Source of the DNA: Eledone cirrhosa
Taxonomy: Eukaryota
DNA length: 64,000 nucleotides
Direction of reading: 5' to 3'
Assembly (NCBI GenBank): GCA_964016885.1
Contig: OZ024741.1
Span: 92,876,001 to 92,940,000 of the forward strand
Positions 62,131 to 64,000 of this stretch are shown here, in pieces. Position 1 is the first letter of the stretch, and every line of letters starts with the position of its first letter. Position numbers and translations under genes: made by a program. The notes below the pieces were generated by a model that saw only the letters and a list, made by a program, of their open reading frames with translations, ran no database searches and was not told the origin of the DNA.

Positions 62131-64000
62131 AATTGTGATAAGAATTAAGCTAACAAATTTGGGGAATTTGGCTGGTATTTCTAGCATGTCGAACGACCAA
62201 GAGAGAGTGGGTGCCTCTTAGCAAGACCAGATATAAATAGCTGTCAAATCTTCCAATCAAAATTTGTATTTTTTTTTAAATGGACACATTAAGTCTTTGG
62301 CTTGAAGTTTTAGATCAGTATTTTCAAAATGATTTAATTCTTTTGGTATCAAACCACAAAGCTATTTATTCAAAAAAAACCTTCCATCGTGATTTTATGC
62401 AAGATTATTTATGTTGTTACAAACATCAGAGTAATAATAAGAAATAAATAAGTTATATTACTAAATCCTTCCAAATTCTAAATTATTTCCCAAATCATAA
62501 GAAACATGTTAATGAAAGCTTTTTAATATAGTCGACCACTATCGAGTTTGACTATCTTTCTAGCAGTGGCAAATAAAATGTAATAAAAATAAAGTATTCT
62601 GTTGTTTTTTATATGAATAAATAATTCTCTCTAAAACAATATCTGATTCATGAAATATGTGGAGGGGAGTATCAGTAAAAACATTGGGAGGAGGTTGTTT
62701 TTTTTTTTATCGTAAATTTAGAACTAGCATAAGGGTTGGCGACAAAATAAGTTTGGGAACTACTTTTCTAGATATATAAGACAGAAGGGTCTCCATTCAC
62801 GTAAAGGGCCGGCCGACTCGGGGCTAAACAAGAACGAAATGGTTGGTTGAAATTAACAAGCGTTATTGTAAATAATCTGACAGTTGAATAAATAGTGCAA
62901 GCAATTAATCAGAATTAATGGGAGAGATGTAGATAATGTGTGTGTGTGAGAGAGAGAGAGAGAGACTAACCAATTAAGATCTTATTACCCACTTAATGTG
63001 ACATTACTGTTGCGAACCAACGATAGAGCCTCTATGTGATCGCATGATTTGCTTGAAATAGAAGTCAAATATCTCTCCAATCACATCCGATCGCCTTTTA
63101 AAAACAAATATGAGCTGATCACGGCCTTTGATCATAAGGTCTGTCTGCTAACTCGGGATAAATATGTAGCTAAACAACTACTATTACAGACAGTTGGCAT
63201 TCCTTCCAAGTTAAATATATTTTATAATACGGTGGTAGAGATAGAATAAAATAAAACACAGTAAACCATTATAATAATTGTTTCAGTTGTGTTAACACCG
63301 AAACTAATCGAGTTGACTTGTATTATCACGGACACTCAAACTGTAACCACCCCTTCTAGGACAATGTTATCTAATGTTATCTAATATGTATTCTCTTTTT
63401 TTTTTTAAGACGATAGTATGTAATGGGAAAGAAATGTGGCTGTCATTTCTGGCAGCTTGAACAACCACATAGATACTCTCTTAGTGGCTAGTTTTCAATT
63501 GTGTGAAAAAGTGTAAATGAATTTGTTTTCTTTCCAGCACGTACATTCATATTCTAAAGCAACTGAGTCTAAATATATAGTTCGTTTGACATTATCGATC
63601 CGTTGATTAGTTTAGCCTAATTAATTGTTTAGTCTAGACAGATAGATTGGTAAGATGTGGCCATTAAGAGGATGGCTAGATAGTTGGCATTCAAACTCAC
63701 TAGCTGGGAAAGTTGGTAAACAATATTGATTAAGTACGAGTAAACACCATGACAATGTATATCCCTTTTTTGTGTTTTATTGTGATTAAATATAATGACG
63801 TATTCCAGAATAATAGCAGAGGAAGATCAAAAAGCAGAGTCAATCTGTACCACATTTTAATAGTTCCTGCAAAGCTAAGAATGAAACGACTTTTGTGGAG
63901 TGACTGTTGATAATATTTTAAGGTGTGGTCATTGTAATGGCAGAGGAAGTAAAGACACGTTATGTAGAGATCAACTGCTATTTAAAATATTTAGAAAGTA

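Noticed and set aside
61514-62221. Long Y/I/H/T or V/C/Y/M ORFs (also 421..870, 21076..21460, 48449..49145)
   Set aside because: Translations of TA/CA microsatellites.
52200-64000. First exon(s) and promoter of the light-chain gene
   Set aside because: The expected exons are very short and I found no convincing candidate; they may lie beyond the window.

Overview
AT-rich, repeat-dense animal genomic DNA with spliceosomal introns. It is most likely a cephalopod such as Octopus, inferred only from the RTE LINE/SINE/microsatellite landscape. Two convergent genes are partly present. On the + strand are the last two exons of a classical AQP4-like aquaporin (19287-19367, 29313-29513), whose second NPA box reads NPC. 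On the - strand are four exons of a MYL6/Mlc-c-like myosin essential light chain (51576 to 36213). About 15.5 kb (1317-16853) is a 35-bp tandem satellite that appears to have grown out of the left end of a dispersed TTAA-flanked piggyBac-like MITE. The rest is truncated RTE LINEs (ORF2 with a PHD finger), SINEs, MITEs, candidate solo LTRs, microsatellites, and Helitron, Penelope, CRE and CR1/L2 fragments. I cannot establish a new biological system. The best leads are the MITE-born satellite, recurrent fold-back or duplicated 5' junctions of retroposed copies, and the NPC aquaporin. All coordinates and identities were read by eye.
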